A program made the translations under genes and the position numbers. 64,000 bases of DNA from Gammaproteobacteria bacterium (GTDB taxonomy: Bacteria; Pseudomonadota; Gammaproteobacteria; UBA6429; Thiohalophilaceae), in the NCBI GenBank assembly GCA_016125505.1, contig WGLP01000003.1, forward strand, positions 501,911 to 565,910, given 5' to 3'. Of the stretch, positions 49,259-59,409 are shown piece by piece. Under the pieces are notes generated by a model that was not told the origin of the DNA, did not search any database, and was given only the letters and a program-made list of their open reading frames with translations. Within the stretch, counting starts at the first letter, position 1, and each line of letters begins with the position of its first letter.

Positions 49259-50560
49259 TTACTGCTTCATGTCGGCGCCAGCGCCGTAACACTTCTTCTC
49301 TTTCAGGTTGTATCTGCCGCAGTTGTACTTCTTCCAGTCGGAGACGAAGCCAACGTCGCTCGGCAGGTAGTCGGACCAGGCATCACCCGGGACCAGCCCC
49401 TTGGTCTTCCATACCACCTGGAACTGACCGTCCGCCTGGATTTCACCGATCAATACCGGCTTGGTCAGGTGATGGTTCGGCAGCATGGTGGCCTCACCAC
49501 CGGTCAGGTTCGGGTATTTGATCCCGAGCATGGCCTTCTGCACTTTCGCAACGTCGGTGCTCTTGGCCTTCTCGACAGCCTTCACCCACATGTTGAAACC
49601 GATATAGGTCGCTTCCATCGGGTCGTTGGTAACGGCCTTCGGATTCTTGGTCCAGGCCTTCCATTCCTTGATGAACTTTTCGTTAGCCGGGGTATCGACG
49701 CTTTCGAAATAGTTCCAGGCGGCCAGGTGACCGACCAGGTTCTTGGTGTCGATACCGGAGAGTTCCTGTTCACCGACAGAGAAGGCAACGACCGGAATGT
49801 CGGCGGCCTTCACACCCTGGTTAGCCAGTTCCTTGTAGAACGGCACGTTGGCATCGCCGTTGATGGTGGAGACCACGGCGGTCTTCTTGCCGGCGGAACC
49901 GAACTTCTTGATGTCAGACACAATGCTCTGCCAGTCGGAATAACCGAACGGGGTGTAGTTGATCATGATGTCTTCATCCTTGACGCCCTTGGCCTTCAGA
50001 TAGGCCTCCAGGATCTTGTTGGTGGTACGCGGATACACGTAGTCGGTACCGGCCAGGACCCAGCGCTTCACGCCGACTTCGTTCATCAGGTAATCCACTG
50101 CCGGAATGGCTTGCTGGTTCGGCGCCGCACCGGTGTAGAACACATTCTTGGAAGACTCTTCACCTTCGTACTGCACCGGATAAAACAGCAGGCCGTTGTC
50201 GTGCTCGAATACCGGCAGCACTGATTTACGTGATACGGAGGTCCAGCAGCCGAAGACCACGGAGACCTTGTCTTTCTCCAGCAGCTCTTTGGCCTTTTCA
50301 GCGAACAGCGGCCAGTTGGAGGCAGGGTCTACCACAACCGGCACCAGTTTCTTGCCGAGCAAACCACCCTTTTTGTTTTGTTCGTCGATCAACATCAGCA
50401 CCGTATCCTTCAGTACGGTTTCACTGATGGCCATGGTGCCGGACAATGAGTGCAACACACCAATCTTGATCGTACCGGCGGCCTGTGCCGCCTGCACACT
50501 CCAGCCCAATGCCAGCGCGCCGGCCCAGGTCAGGAGCTTTTTCGTTTTCACATTCTTCAT
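49259..50560 (-). CDS. urtA: urea ABC transporter substrate-binding protein UrtA
   Basis: 433 aa with a signal peptide. LivK/amide-binding fold and a highly UrtA-like sequence (KIGVLHSLSGTMAISE...). Confidence 0.9.
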   Translation of the reverse strand: MKNVKTKKLLTWAGALALGWSVQAAQAAGTIKIGVLHSLSGTMAISETVLKDTVLMLIDEQNKKGGLLGKKLVPVVVDPASNWPLFAEKAKELLEKDKVSVVFGCWTSVSRKSVLPVFEHDNGLLFYPVQYEGEESSKNVFYTGAAPNQQAIPAVDYLMNEVGVKRWVLAGTDYVYPRTTNKILEAYLKAKGVKDEDIMINYTPFGYSDWQSIVSDIKKFGSAGKKTAVVSTINGDANVPFYKELANQGVKAADIPVVAFSVGEQELSGIDTKNLVGHLAAWNYFESVDTPANEKFIKEWKAWTKNPKAVTNDPMEATYIGFNMWVKAVEKAKSTDVAKVQKAMLGIKYPNLTGGEATMLPNHHLTKPVLIGEIQADGQFQVVWKTKGLVPGDAWSDYLPSDVGFVSDWKKYNCGRYNLKEKKCYGAGADMKQ

Positions 50561-50993
50561 TTTGAGATTCCTCGTATCAGTCCAATGGTTTAGGCTTGCT
50601 TATCTGTCTTCGTTATATGCCTGACGTCTGCGCGATGATTGCGCAAGTGGCGGGCCTTCCTCGCAGCCAACAGAACGCTCCACATCGACTACTGCCTGGA
50701 AACGGAACAACAACCTGCATGTTTCTCATTGGTGCAATTCAAAACCACAGCCTTGCGTATCCTCACGCTACCGAGTGCAGGCCTGCCTGCCTAAGAGCAA
50801 GCCCCATGCCAATGAAAATTTAATTTAAATAACAATGAATTATGTGCGTTGTGCACAAGAGACCGGGACACGGCTGAACGATCGTGGTGCGCTGAAACAC
50901 CGCGATCGCGTTATCCTGGTGCAAAAAATTGGCAGGAATAAGGTGTCAACGCACCGTGCCAAGCCACAACACGGCAGCGCTGCACTAATAAGC

Positions 50994-51617
50994 TTACTGC
51001 AACATGCCTTTGTCGATGATGAATTGCTGGATTGCACCCAGGCCTTCACCAGATTTGAGATTTGAAAAGATAAACGGCCGTTCGCCGCGCATTTTGCGTG
51101 CGTCGCGATCCATCACGTCCAATGATGCACCAACGTGCGGAGCTAAATCGATCTTATTGATGACCAACAGATCGGATTTGGTGATACCCGGTCCACCCTT
51201 GCGCGGGATCTTGTCACCGGCGGCAACATCGATCACATAGATGGTCAGATCCGATAACTCGGGACTGAAGGTCGCACTAAGATTGTCGCCACCGCTTTCG
51301 ACAAACACGACATCGAGATTCGTGAAGCGGTGATTCAATTCCGCGACCGCGGCGAGATTCATGGAGGCGTCTTCCCGGATCGCGGTATGCGGGCAACCAC
51401 CGGTCTCCACACCGATGATGCGATCCTCGTTCAGCGCAGCATGCCGGATCAAAAACTGGGCATCTTCCTGGGTGTAGATGTCATTGGTGACGACCGCGAT
51501 GTTGAAGCGTTCGCGCATCGATTTGCACAAGGCCTCCACCAATGCGGTTTTGCCCGAACCGACCGGACCGCCGATCCCGACCCGTAATACCTGATCTTGC
51601 GACATAGCTTGCTCCAT
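50994..51617 (-). CDS. ureG: urease accessory GTPase UreG
   Basis: P-loop [21 protein letters not shown]. Confidence 0.95.
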   Translation of the reverse strand: MEQAMSQDQVLRVGIGGPVGSGKTALVEALCKSMRERFNIAVVTNDIYTQEDAQFLIRHAALNEDRIIGVETGGCPHTAIREDASMNLAAVAELNHRFTNLDVVFVESGGDNLSATFSPELSDLTIYVIDVAAGDKIPRKGGPGITKSDLLVINKIDLAPHVGASLDVMDRDARKMRGERPFIFSNLKSGEGLGAIQQFIIDKGMLQ

Positions 51618-51673
51618 TAATGCATTTGAAACTCGTTTAACTGAGAGTTAATTTATTACACTCGAACGTTGCT

Positions 51674-51790
51674 TAGTCATTCCGGAAAACACGAAGTGTT
51701 TATCCGGAATCCAGAGTCTTTAATAGATAAAGTCACTGGATTCCGGGTCGACCACCGGGTCGTGCCCGGCAGTCGCCCGGAATGACTAAG
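51674..51790. repeat. two module-A repeats in inverted orientation between ureF and ureG
   Basis: TAGTCATTCCGGAAAAC...CCGGAATCCAG (51674..51714) and CACTGGATTCCGGG...CCCGGAATGACTAAG (51734..51790). Confidence 0.75.
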
Positions 51791-51796
51791 AAAACA

Positions 51797-52480
51797 CTAC
51801 GATCTAAATAACCGCGAATATTGCGTCTCATGCAACGCGCTGGCAATCCCCAGCCCAGGCGCCAGGGCACCGATGTCATCATCCTCCAGCGCCAGCCCTG
51901 TTGCCACTGCGCCGGGAATGTCTTCCGCAATCCGCAGCAGCATCTTCTGTCCAATGGTTTGTCCCAGCGGCACCAGCTTGATCGCGGCCGCCACCTGGTT
52001 TTCACTCCACGACCATAACAAGCCCGAGGCCAACTGATCGATTGGCACCTGCCACTTCACACCGGCCAGGGCCAGCAGACAGACAAACGGCGCCGAATCG
52101 GATAGTCGATAGGCAGCCGCCTCGGCCATATCCAGATCTGTCAGCAAGGTTGCCAGGGCGCGGCCCAGATGCAAATCCTCCGCGCGCAACTCCGCCGATT
52201 CACGCGCAGCGACAATGAACTCACTCCAGTACGTTAATGCTTCGCTATCGCCGTGCGACCACGCCAGATAACAGCGCTGCAAGACCGGCACATCCAGATG
52301 CGACAGATTGTGCTGCAACAAACCCCGGATCCACTGCTCCACAGCATCGGCATCGTGCAACCACTCCGCATGCAAGGCATACTCCAGCCCGCCGGAATAG
52401 GCATAGGCGCCCACCGGTAAGGCCGGGCTGATCAATTGCCACAGGCGCAGGTTCGCCATTTGCGAGGCATCAAAGGTCAT
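51797..52480 (-). CDS. ureF: urease accessory protein UreF
   Basis: 227 aa, UreF family (LWQLISPALPVGAYAYSGGLE...). Confidence 0.85.
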   Translation of the reverse strand: MTFDASQMANLRLWQLISPALPVGAYAYSGGLEYALHAEWLHDADAVEQWIRGLLQHNLSHLDVPVLQRCYLAWSHGDSEALTYWSEFIVAARESAELRAEDLHLGRALATLLTDLDMAEAAAYRLSDSAPFVCLLALAGVKWQVPIDQLASGLLWSWSENQVAAAIKLVPLGQTIGQKMLLRIAEDIPGAVATGLALEDDDIGALAPGLGIASALHETQYSRLFRS

Positions 52481-52486
52481 TGGGAT

Positions 52487-52963
52487 TTAGTGTTCGTGGT
52501 CGTGATGATGATCGTGGTGGTGATGATGACCGCCACCGTATGCGCCGGCCTCCGGTTCGAAGGGTAAACGTTCGCAGCCCACCGTTAATCCCAGCCCGCG
52601 CAACATGTCATCGAGCACATGATCGTGCAGATAGCGCAAGCAGCCATCACCGATCTGCAAGGGCACATGGCGATTGCCCAGGTGATAACAGGCGCGCGCA
52701 AACAAGGTCGGATTACTCTCCGTCACGGTAGACACGACCTCTGCGGCCGCCTGCACCAGGATGACCTCGCCGGTTTCCGATTTGAGACAATCCCCGCCGC
52801 GCAACACCGTACCGCGCGGCAGGAGCAGACCGATCTCGCCGCCGTTATCCAGATTGGCACGCAGGCGGCTCTTTTGCCGCAACTCATACGGCAGGGTCAG
52901 GGTCAGATCGTGCTGATGCGTAGGCGCAATCACTTCCGTCGCTTTTAACATTGCCGCACTCAT
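52487..52963 (-). CDS. ureE: urease accessory (nickel chaperone) protein UreE with His-rich tail
   Basis: 158 aa with a UreE fold and a C-terminal [16 protein letters not shown]. Confidence 0.85.
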   Translation of the reverse strand: MSAAMLKATEVIAPTHQHDLTLTLPYELRQKSRLRANLDNGGEIGLLLPRGTVLRGGDCLKSETGEVILVQAAAEVVSTVTESNPTLFARACYHLGNRHVPLQIGDGCLRYLHDHVLDDMLRGLGLTVGCERLPFEPEAGAYGGGHHHHHDHHHDHEH

Positions 52964-54667
52964 CTAAAACAGAAAATATTTTTGCGCCAGCGGTAACACA
53001 CTTGCCGGTTCACAGGTCAGCAACTCGCCATCGGCACGTACCACGTAGGTCTGCGGGTCCACCTCGATCGTCGGCTGATAATCATTCAGGCGCATGTCTT
53101 GCTTGCGAATGCTGCGCGTGCCGCTCACCGCACGCAGTTGCTTGTGCAGGCCGAGGGTTTTGTGGATGTCTGCCTCCAGTGCCGACTGCGACACGAAGCT
53201 GATACAGGTTGCACTCAAGGCGCCGCCCAAGGCACCGAACATCGGCCGATAGTGCACCGGCTGCGGCGTGGGAATCGAGGCATTGGGATCACCCATGGGC
53301 GCGGCGATAATGAAACCGCCCTTGATGATCAATGACGGCTTGGCGCCGAAGAAGGCCGGTTTCCACAAAACCAGGTCCGCCAGCTTGCCCACCTCCACCG
53401 AACCGACTTCGTTGGCAATGCCGTGGGTCAATGCCGGATTGATGGTGTACTTGGCGATATAACGTTTGGCGCGAAAGTTATCGTGACGCTCGCTGTCCTG
53501 TTTTAAGGCACCGCGCTGTTCTTTCATTTTGTGCGCCGTCTGCCAGGTACGCGTAATCACTTCGCCGACGCGGCCCATGGCCTGCGAGTCCGAGGAGATC
53601 ATGGAGAAGGCACCCAGGTCATGCAGAATATCTTCCGCGGCAATCGTCTCGCGGCGAATCCGCGACTCGGCAAAGGCCACGTCTTCGGCGATATTCGGAT
53701 CCAGATGATGGCAGACCATCAGCATGTCGAGGTGTTCGTCGATGGTATTGATGGTGTAAGGCCGTGTGGGATTGGTACTCGATGGCAACACATTCGCCTC
53801 GCCACAGGCCTTGATGATGTCCGGCGCGTGACCACCGCCCGCACCCTCGGTGTGATAGGTATGGATCGCGCGGCCCTTAAATGCCGCAATGGTATCTTCG
53901 ACGAAACCGGATTCGTTCAAGGTGTCGGTGTGGATCGCCACCTGCACATCGGTTTGTTCCGCCACGCTCAAACAATTATCGATGGCCGCCGGGGTCGTAC
54001 CCCAGTCTTCGTGCAGCTTCAAACCCATCACACCGGCCGCCACCTGTTCCAGCAACGCGTCAGGCGTACTCGCATTGCCCTTGCCGAGGAAACCGAAATT
54101 CATGGGCAGCGCATCCGCCGCCTGCAACATGCGATGAATATTCCACGGCCCCGGCGTACAGGTCGTCGCGTTGGTACCGGTCGCCGGACCGGTGCCGCCG
54201 CCGATCATGGTAGTAATGCCGGACATCAAGGCATCATCGACTTGTTGCGGACAGATAAAGTGAATGTGCGCATCGATCCCACCCGCCGTCAGGATCTGGC
54301 CTTCACCGGCGATGGCCTCGGTGCCGGGTCCGACGATAATATTCACGCCCGGCTGTATATCAGGATTGCCGGCCTTGCCGATCGCCACGATGCGTCCGTG
54401 CTTGATCCCGACATCGGCCTTGATGATACCGGTGTAATCCAGGATCAGGGCATTGGTGATCACGGTGTCGACCACGTCTTTGGATGTCAACTGACTCTGG
54501 CCCATGCCGTCGCGAATGACCTTGCCACCGCCGAATTTGACTTCGTCGCCGTAAATCGTTTTGTCGTCTTCGACCTCGATGATCAATGCGGTATCACCCA
54601 GACGCACGCGGTCACCCTTGGTCGGGCCGTACATCTCGGCATAGGCACGTTTGCTTATCTTGCTCAT
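52964..54667 (-). CDS. ureC: urease alpha subunit
   Basis: 567 aa with the amidohydrolase active site (HxH, carbamylated Lys region, MVCHHLD). Confidence 0.95.
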   Translation of the reverse strand: MSKISKRAYAEMYGPTKGDRVRLGDTALIIEVEDDKTIYGDEVKFGGGKVIRDGMGQSQLTSKDVVDTVITNALILDYTGIIKADVGIKHGRIVAIGKAGNPDIQPGVNIIVGPGTEAIAGEGQILTAGGIDAHIHFICPQQVDDALMSGITTMIGGGTGPATGTNATTCTPGPWNIHRMLQAADALPMNFGFLGKGNASTPDALLEQVAAGVMGLKLHEDWGTTPAAIDNCLSVAEQTDVQVAIHTDTLNESGFVEDTIAAFKGRAIHTYHTEGAGGGHAPDIIKACGEANVLPSSTNPTRPYTINTIDEHLDMLMVCHHLDPNIAEDVAFAESRIRRETIAAEDILHDLGAFSMISSDSQAMGRVGEVITRTWQTAHKMKEQRGALKQDSERHDNFRAKRYIAKYTINPALTHGIANEVGSVEVGKLADLVLWKPAFFGAKPSLIIKGGFIIAAPMGDPNASIPTPQPVHYRPMFGALGGALSATCISFVSQSALEADIHKTLGLHKQLRAVSGTRSIRKQDMRLNDYQPTIEVDPQTYVVRADGELLTCEPASVLPLAQKYFLF

Positions 54668-54679
54668 GATCGCTCCCCG

Positions 54680-54991
54680 TTATTTGTCCAGCTTGCCCAT
54701 GACCCTGGCGTTGAAACCATAGACTTCGCGCTTGCCGGCAAAGGCTACCAGCTCCACCTCGCGCTCCTGGCCCGGCTCGAATCGCACCGCGGTCCCGGCA
54801 GGAATATTCAGGCGAAAACCACGCGCGGCCTCACGATCGAATTGCAACGCGCTGTTGGTTTCATAAAAATGATAATGCGAACCGACCTGCACGGGGCGGT
54901 CGCCGCTGTTGGCGACCCGCACCTTAACCGTCTTGCGGTCCTTGTTCAGTTCGATGTCGCCGTCGTCGACCAAGAGTTCACCGGGGATCAT
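54680..54991 (-). CDS. ureB: urease beta subunit
   Basis: 103 aa, MIPGE...NRxxxVxVxNxGDRPxQVGSHxHFxExN. Confidence 0.9.
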   Translation of the reverse strand: MIPGELLVDDGDIELNKDRKTVKVRVANSGDRPVQVGSHYHFYETNSALQFDREAARGFRLNIPAGTAVRFEPGQEREVELVAFAGKREVYGFNARVMGKLDK

Positions 54992-55025
54992 TTGTCTTCT
55001 CCTGCAAAAATAAAGAAGTTACCTG

Positions 55026-55186
55026 GTCATTCCGGGCGAACGGAGCAAGACCCGGAATCCAGTGGCTTTTTCTGGCAAAGCCGCCAGGTTCCGGATAACG
55101 GCTTACGCCGTTTCCGGAACGACAACATCTCTCATATATTGTCATTCCAGACGCGTGCAATCATGATCCGGAATGACACACTAAAC
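55026..55186. repeat. three consecutive CATTCCGG/CCGGAAT palindromic modules in the ureA-ureB spacer
   Basis: GTCATTCCGGGCGAACGGAGCAAGACCCGGAATCCAGTGGC (55026..55066; ~90% identical to 915..955). TTCCGGATAACGGCTTACGCCGTTTCCGGAA (55091..55121). GTCATTCCAGACGCGTGCAATCATGATCCGGAATGAC (55150..55186). Confidence 0.8.
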
Positions 55187-55197
55187 ACAAAATTTTG

Positions 55198-55500
55198 CTA
55201 CCCAATTGGATTATGTACGGTGACCAGTTTGGTGCCGTCGGGAAATGTGGCCTCGACCTGCACTTCATCGATCATCTCGGCAATGCCGTCCATCACATCC
55301 TTGCGCGATAACAGCGTGGTGCCATAACTCATCAACTCGGCCACGGTCTTGCCTTCGCGTGCGCCTTCCATGATTGCCGCAGAGATAAACGCCACGGCCT
55401 CGGGATAATTGAGTTTCAGCCCCCGGTCTTTGCGCCGCTCGGCCAACAAGGCGGCGGTGAACAACAACAATTTATCTTTTTCGCGCGGTGTTAATTCCAT
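55198..55500 (-). CDS. ureA: urease gamma subunit
   Basis: 100 aa, [23 protein letters not shown]... canonical UreA. Confidence 0.9.
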   Translation of the reverse strand: MELTPREKDKLLLFTAALLAERRKDRGLKLNYPEAVAFISAAIMEGAREGKTVAELMSYGTTLLSRKDVMDGIAEMIDEVQVEATFPDGTKLVTVHNPIG

Positions 55501-55538
55501 CGTCTTCGCTCCGATCTTTTTTTATTTCAAATTCGTAT

Positions 55539-56375
55539 TTAAGTATCCCAGATACGCGGCCTACAAGCCTCACGCCCAATCCACGCCGGACGTATCGCCG
55601 CCCAGACCCGCGCAAAACAATCGCGCGCCTCCATACCTTGTGCACCTAAATAACGGCACACCAATACGCCATTGAGTAAGCTCGCACTGAACAGGGCAGC
55701 GGATTCCACAGTAATTTTCCGTGCCAGTTCCAGCATTTGCGCATTGGCATCGCTGACCAGCATCGTCCCCAGCACGGGATAATTCGCCAGCCCCCACTTC
55801 GCGCTCTGCATCAGGGTATTCCCTTGCAAGTGCATACGCTCGATCACCAAGGGATGACCGTCACGATACATTTCATATACCTGACGGCACTGACCGTGAT
55901 GAAATTTTTCCCCACTCGCGGGCCGTCCCTGACACAAGATCTCCCAGCCTGCGAATCTGGCACCCGCTGACAACTCGATGCGGGTACGCGTCTCAACACG
56001 ACAGGCATCGAACAGGATCGTGTCCTGCGGCAGGTACTCCAGCACGGCATTGTCGGCAACATGTAACGTTTGCTGCTGTTTAGCGATAGCACCTTCCGAG
56101 CGATAAAACTTGGCGGACGCTGGCGTCGTGATCAAGGCATGCGCGCCAGTTTGCACTACCACTGACAGTTGCAACTCATCACCGCCGACGACTCCACCCG
56201 GCGGATGCAGGATGTAGCTATGACACACATCGGCTTCAGGATAAAACGGCCGCTGGATCGTCAGCGGCCCGACATGGCTGCGCCGTGCAATGACGGTTTT
56301 GTTGTTGCTCCTGGCGAAGTCCAGTTCCAGTCGCCCCCGCCACGCAGTGCTGGTCTGCTCTATCGCGTTTTGCAT
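55539..56375 (-). CDS. ureD: urease accessory protein UreD
   Basis: 278 aa, UreD/UreH family. First gene of the co-directional ure cluster. Confidence 0.8.
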   Translation of the reverse strand: MQNAIEQTSTAWRGRLELDFARSNNKTVIARRSHVGPLTIQRPFYPEADVCHSYILHPPGGVVGGDELQLSVVVQTGAHALITTPASAKFYRSEGAIAKQQQTLHVADNAVLEYLPQDTILFDACRVETRTRIELSAGARFAGWEILCQGRPASGEKFHHGQCRQVYEMYRDGHPLVIERMHLQGNTLMQSAKWGLANYPVLGTMLVSDANAQMLELARKITVESAALFSASLLNGVLVCRYLGAQGMEARDCFARVWAAIRPAWIGREACRPRIWDT

Positions 56376-56483
56376 TTGAGTAAATACGAAAGCCAGTTAT
56401 GCGTTAAAGGTTATTATTTACGCCATTCGCTTTTGAATGTACACCACCCGCGATGAATTTCTTTTGCACCAAAATGTTGCGCA

Positions 56484-56550
56484 CATAAAAAAACCCACGA
56501 CGTGGGTTTATATGCAGTGCGATACAAGGCGGTGAAGTCTCACCGCCTTG
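56484..56550 (-). terminator. tandem hairpins/terminator downstream of the OMP gene
   Basis: AAACCCACG-acg-TGGGTTT with a 7-nt U-run on the minus strand. Second hairpin CAAGGCGGTGA-agtc-TCACCGCCTTG (56525..56550). Confidence 0.7.
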
Positions 56551-56562
56551 TGCACGTCGAGC

Positions 56563-57240
56563 TTATTTCATCAAATCGAATTCCTTGGTCACCGTCAAGA
56601 ACAGTTCATTCTGGGAATCACCGCTGTTGGGATCGACACGGGTAAAGGCGATGCTGGTATTGAAGCTGGCAATATCCTTGCTGAAGCGAATGCCGATGTC
56701 ATCTGCGTCGGGTGCATTGTTATTATCAAGATGTCCGTAATGCAGGCTCGCCTTGATGTCCTGCGGTAAGGCCAGGGTATAACGCAGATCGAAATACTGG
56801 TGATCGTAAGCGCTTAATTTCGCGTTGCCATTATAATAGTAGGCGGCGAAGTTCTGGTACTTGGCGCCGATGAAGACTTCATCATTGCTGAAATTATCGT
56901 TCACCGTGCTGTCGGTATAGTTGTAGGTGATGTAGCCCACATCCAGTTTGACATCCTGCGCCACCTCGAAGTTAAAACCGGCATACAAGTCGTATTCCAG
57001 TGCGGAGCCGCCGGCATTGGGGAATTTGACATTGGAACCCCAGGCCCCGGCATAAAAACCACTGGGATGGGTGTAATCGATGCCACCCTGAATCGCCGGG
57101 TTGTCATCAGTTTGGGTCACACCCCGAAAGACGTAATTGGTGGTTACACCAGCATTGGCAGTCAAATCAGCCTGGGCGGTCGCAGCCAGACCCAGAATTC
57201 CGACGCCGATCACGGCAGATTGGAGTAGGTGTTTACGCAT
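56563..57240 (-). CDS. outer-membrane beta-barrel protein, TIGR02001 (Gcw_chp)-like
   Basis: Signal peptide. Alternating amphipathic beta-strands and Gly/Tyr/Asn-rich composition. TIGR02001 proteins are characteristically encoded next to nitrogen-assimilation genes (glnK/amt/urea), as here. Confidence 0.65.
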   Translation of the reverse strand: MRKHLLQSAVIGVGILGLAATAQADLTANAGVTTNYVFRGVTQTDDNPAIQGGIDYTHPSGFYAGAWGSNVKFPNAGGSALEYDLYAGFNFEVAQDVKLDVGYITYNYTDSTVNDNFSNDEVFIGAKYQNFAAYYYNGNAKLSAYDHQYFDLRYTLALPQDIKASLHYGHLDNNNAPDADDIGIRFSKDIASFNTSIAFTRVDPNSGDSQNELFLTVTKEFDLMK

Positions 57241-57379
57241 GGATTATTCTCCTTGGCATGCATTCTCTTGTTGTTAAACGTACAGGGATGTATTCGTCAT
57301 CCTTTAACCGAAACCGTGCCAAGCATACCAATTTATAAGGTAGAATGCTGGTATATCCGCACAAAAACGGAGCGTATCG

Positions 57380-57640
57380 ATGATCAACACCAACAACCCA
57401 CTCGATGAACTGGTCAGGAATCTGCTCGGCGCCCTGCCGCAAGGCATGGCCGACCTGCGCGACGATGCACAAAAGAATTTCCGCGCCGCACTGGCCGCCG
57501 GTCTGCAACGTTTGGACCTGGTAACCCGTGCCGAGTTCGACGCACAACGTGCGGTACTCGACAAAGCCAGGGAAGAAATCAAGACTCTGCACGCCAGACT
57601 CGATGCCCTGGCCGGGGCGCTGGAGAAACAGGCAAAATAA
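57380..57640 (+). CDS. ubiK: ubiquinone biosynthesis accessory factor UbiK (YqiC/BMFP family)
   Basis: 86-aa coiled-coil protein, MINTNNPLDELVRNLLGALPQG...LVTRAEFDAQRAVLDKARE. Confidence 0.8.
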   Translation: MINTNNPLDELVRNLLGALPQGMADLRDDAQKNFRAALAAGLQRLDLVTRAEFDAQRAVLDKAREEIKTLHARLDALAGALEKQAK

Positions 57641-57741
57641 TTATGGCTTGTTAGCCATACGAGATTTGCGTATTGTTATAACTCGTTCAGATATGTACGA
57701 GTCTGCTACAAGGAATGTAGCGTCACAGGGAAGGGATACCC

Positions 57742-59259
57742 ATGTCATTAGCCATTCTGCACACGCGCGCCCAGTCGGGCATTACCGCGTTACCTGTCAA
57801 CGTAGAAGTGCACCTGGCCGGCGGGCTGCCCAGCACCACCGTTGTCGGGCTGGCCGACACCGAGGTAAAGGAAAGTCGCGAACGCGTCCGCGCCGCGCTC
57901 ATCAACAGCCGCTTCGAATACCCGGCACGACGGATCACGGTCAATCTGGCCCCGGCGGATCTGCCCAAGGGTGGCGGTCGCTACGATCTGGCGATTGCCC
58001 TCGGCATCCTGGCGGCCTCCGGCCAGATCCCTGGTGAACGCCTGCATGAATACGAGTTTCTCGGCGAGCTTGCCCTCAGTGGCGAGTTGCGTCCGGTGGC
58101 AGGCGTGTTGCCGACGGCACTGCGCGCCCGCGATGCCGGACGCACGCTGGTGGTCCCCGCCGCCAATGTCACCGAGGCCGCACTGGTCAGCGGGGTCAAG
58201 GTCATCGGCAGCGAACACCTGCTAGCGGTCTGCGGCCATCTCGCAGGACAGGACAATCTCGCACCCGCCACCGCGCAAACCGATCATGCAGTCGCTGTCG
58301 CGTATCCCGATGTCGCCGAGGTGCGCGGACAGACACATGCCAAGCGCGCGTTGATCATCGCCGCCGCCGGCGGCCACAGCCTGTTGTTAATCGGTCCGCC
58401 CGGTACCGGCAAGACCATGCTCGCCAGTCGCCTGCCCGGCATCCTGCCGCCCATGACTGAAACGGAGGCACTGGAGAGCGCCGCCATTCAATCCATCAGT
58501 CACCACGGTTTCGATCCGGCCCACTGGCAACAGCGACCGTATCGCGCACCGCACCATACGGCATCCGGCGTCGCACTTGTCGGCGGCGGTTCCGTCCCGC
58601 GCCCCGGCGAGATTACCCTCGCGCATCATGGCGTGTTGTTTCTGGACGAGTTACCGGAATTCGATCGGCGGGTGCTGGAGGTCTTGCGCGAACCCTTGGA
58701 GTCCGGGGTGATCACCATCTCCCGCGCCGCGCGCCAGGCGGAATTTCCGGCGCGCTTCCAGTTGATCGCCGCCATGAATCCCTGTCCCTGCGGTTATGCC
58801 GGCCACCCCAACGGCCGCTGCCGCTGCAACCTGGATCAAATCCAGCGTTATCGTGGCCGCATCTCCGGACCGATCCTGGATCGCATCGATATGCACGTGG
58901 ATGTGCCCCCGCTGCCGCTGGCGGAACTGCAACAAGCCAGTGCTAGCGGACCCGGTTCGCACGAGATTCGGCAACAGGTGATCGCGGCGCGCGCCGTGCA
59001 GCTGGAACGTCAGGGCAAGATCAACGCGCAACTCAACAACCAGGAACTGGAACGTGTGTGCGTGCTGACACAGGATGCCCGCGCCCTGCTCAATCGCGCC
59101 ATCGATCAACTGGGCCTGTCCACCCGCGCCTATCATCGCGTATTGCGCCTGGCACGCACCCTCGCTGATCTGGAGGCCGTGCCTCAACCCAGCCTGCAAC
59201 ACATTGCGGAGGCGATCGGTTACCGGCGCCTGGATCGCACTAATGAGGCGTACGCCTAA
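57742..59259 (+). CDS. yifB: YifB/ComM-family Mg-chelatase-like AAA+ ATPase
   Basis: Lon-SSD-like N-terminus, Walker A GPPGTGKTM, Walker B VLFLDELPEF, and C-terminal Cys cluster CPCGYAG...CRC. Confidence 0.9.
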   Translation: MSLAILHTRAQSGITALPVNVEVHLAGGLPSTTVVGLADTEVKESRERVRAALINSRFEYPARRITVNLAPADLPKGGGRYDLAIALGILAASGQIPGERLHEYEFLGELALSGELRPVAGVLPTALRARDAGRTLVVPAANVTEAALVSGVKVIGSEHLLAVCGHLAGQDNLAPATAQTDHAVAVAYPDVAEVRGQTHAKRALIIAAAGGHSLLLIGPPGTGKTMLASRLPGILPPMTETEALESAAIQSISHHGFDPAHWQQRPYRAPHHTASGVALVGGGSVPRPGEITLAHHGVLFLDELPEFDRRVLEVLREPLESGVITISRAARQAEFPARFQLIAAMNPCPCGYAGHPNGRCRCNLDQIQRYRGRISGPILDRIDMHVDVPPLPLAELQQASASGPGSHEIRQQVIAARAVQLERQGKINAQLNNQELERVCVLTQDARALLNRAIDQLGLSTRAYHRVLRLARTLADLEAVPQPSLQHIAEAIGYRRLDRTNEAYA

Positions 59260-59267
59260 GCCCTGAC

Positions 59268-59310
59268 ACAGCCATTTTATCTCTGTCACATATGTCACAA
59301 ATGGCTGTGA
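59268..59310. promoter_or_regulatory. hairpin plus TGTCAC direct repeats upstream of olsB-like gene
   Basis: CACAGCCATTT (59268..59278) / AAATGGCTGTG (59300..59310) enclose CTGTCACATATGTCACA (TGTCAC-N3-TGTCAC). Further GTCAC motifs and the ACGTCGACGT palindrome lie downstream. Confidence 0.3.
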
Positions 59311-59409
59311 TCGCGCCCTGCCTTCACAGAACTGTCACGGGAAATTCACGTCGACGTCATACGCCACGACTAACTTTCGCTCAAGGCTATTTATCCTGGA
59401 GAAGAAGGT

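Noticed and set aside
49112-50224. 370-aa plus-strand ORF antisense to urtA, and 48239..48808+ antisense to urtB
   Set aside because: Antisense artefacts. urtA and urtB have strong family signatures.
50561-50993. Search for a sigma54 promoter upstream of urtA (e.g. TGGTTTTGAATTGCA on the minus strand at ~50735..50750, and CTTGGCACGGTGCGTTGA at ~50950)
   Set aside because: Both candidates have the -24/-12 elements one nucleotide out of register (N4 or N6 spacer), which sigma54 does not tolerate. No confident promoter call made.
54978-55160. 60-aa ORF inside the ureA-ureB spacer, and 51733..52005 (-) in the ureF-ureG spacer
   Set aside because: Lie on the palindromic repeat modules. Codon content is dictated by the repeats, and such ORFs recur wherever the repeat occurs.
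53531-55327. 598-aa plus-strand ORF antisense to ureC/ureB, running through the ureA-ureB repeat spacer
   Set aside because: Arg/Gly-rich antisense frame of the urease alpha subunit gene. It crosses the repeat insert, so it is not a gene.
57790-58218. 142-aa minus-strand ORF and other frames (57528..58037+, 57971..58225+) inside yifB/comM
   Set aside because: Internal or antisense to a complete AAA+ ATPase gene with Walker motifs.
59284-59301. Possible Pho box upstream of olsB
   Set aside because: TGTCAC direct repeats are spaced 9 bp apart instead of the 11-bp periodicity of PhoB boxes. Kept only as a low-interest note.
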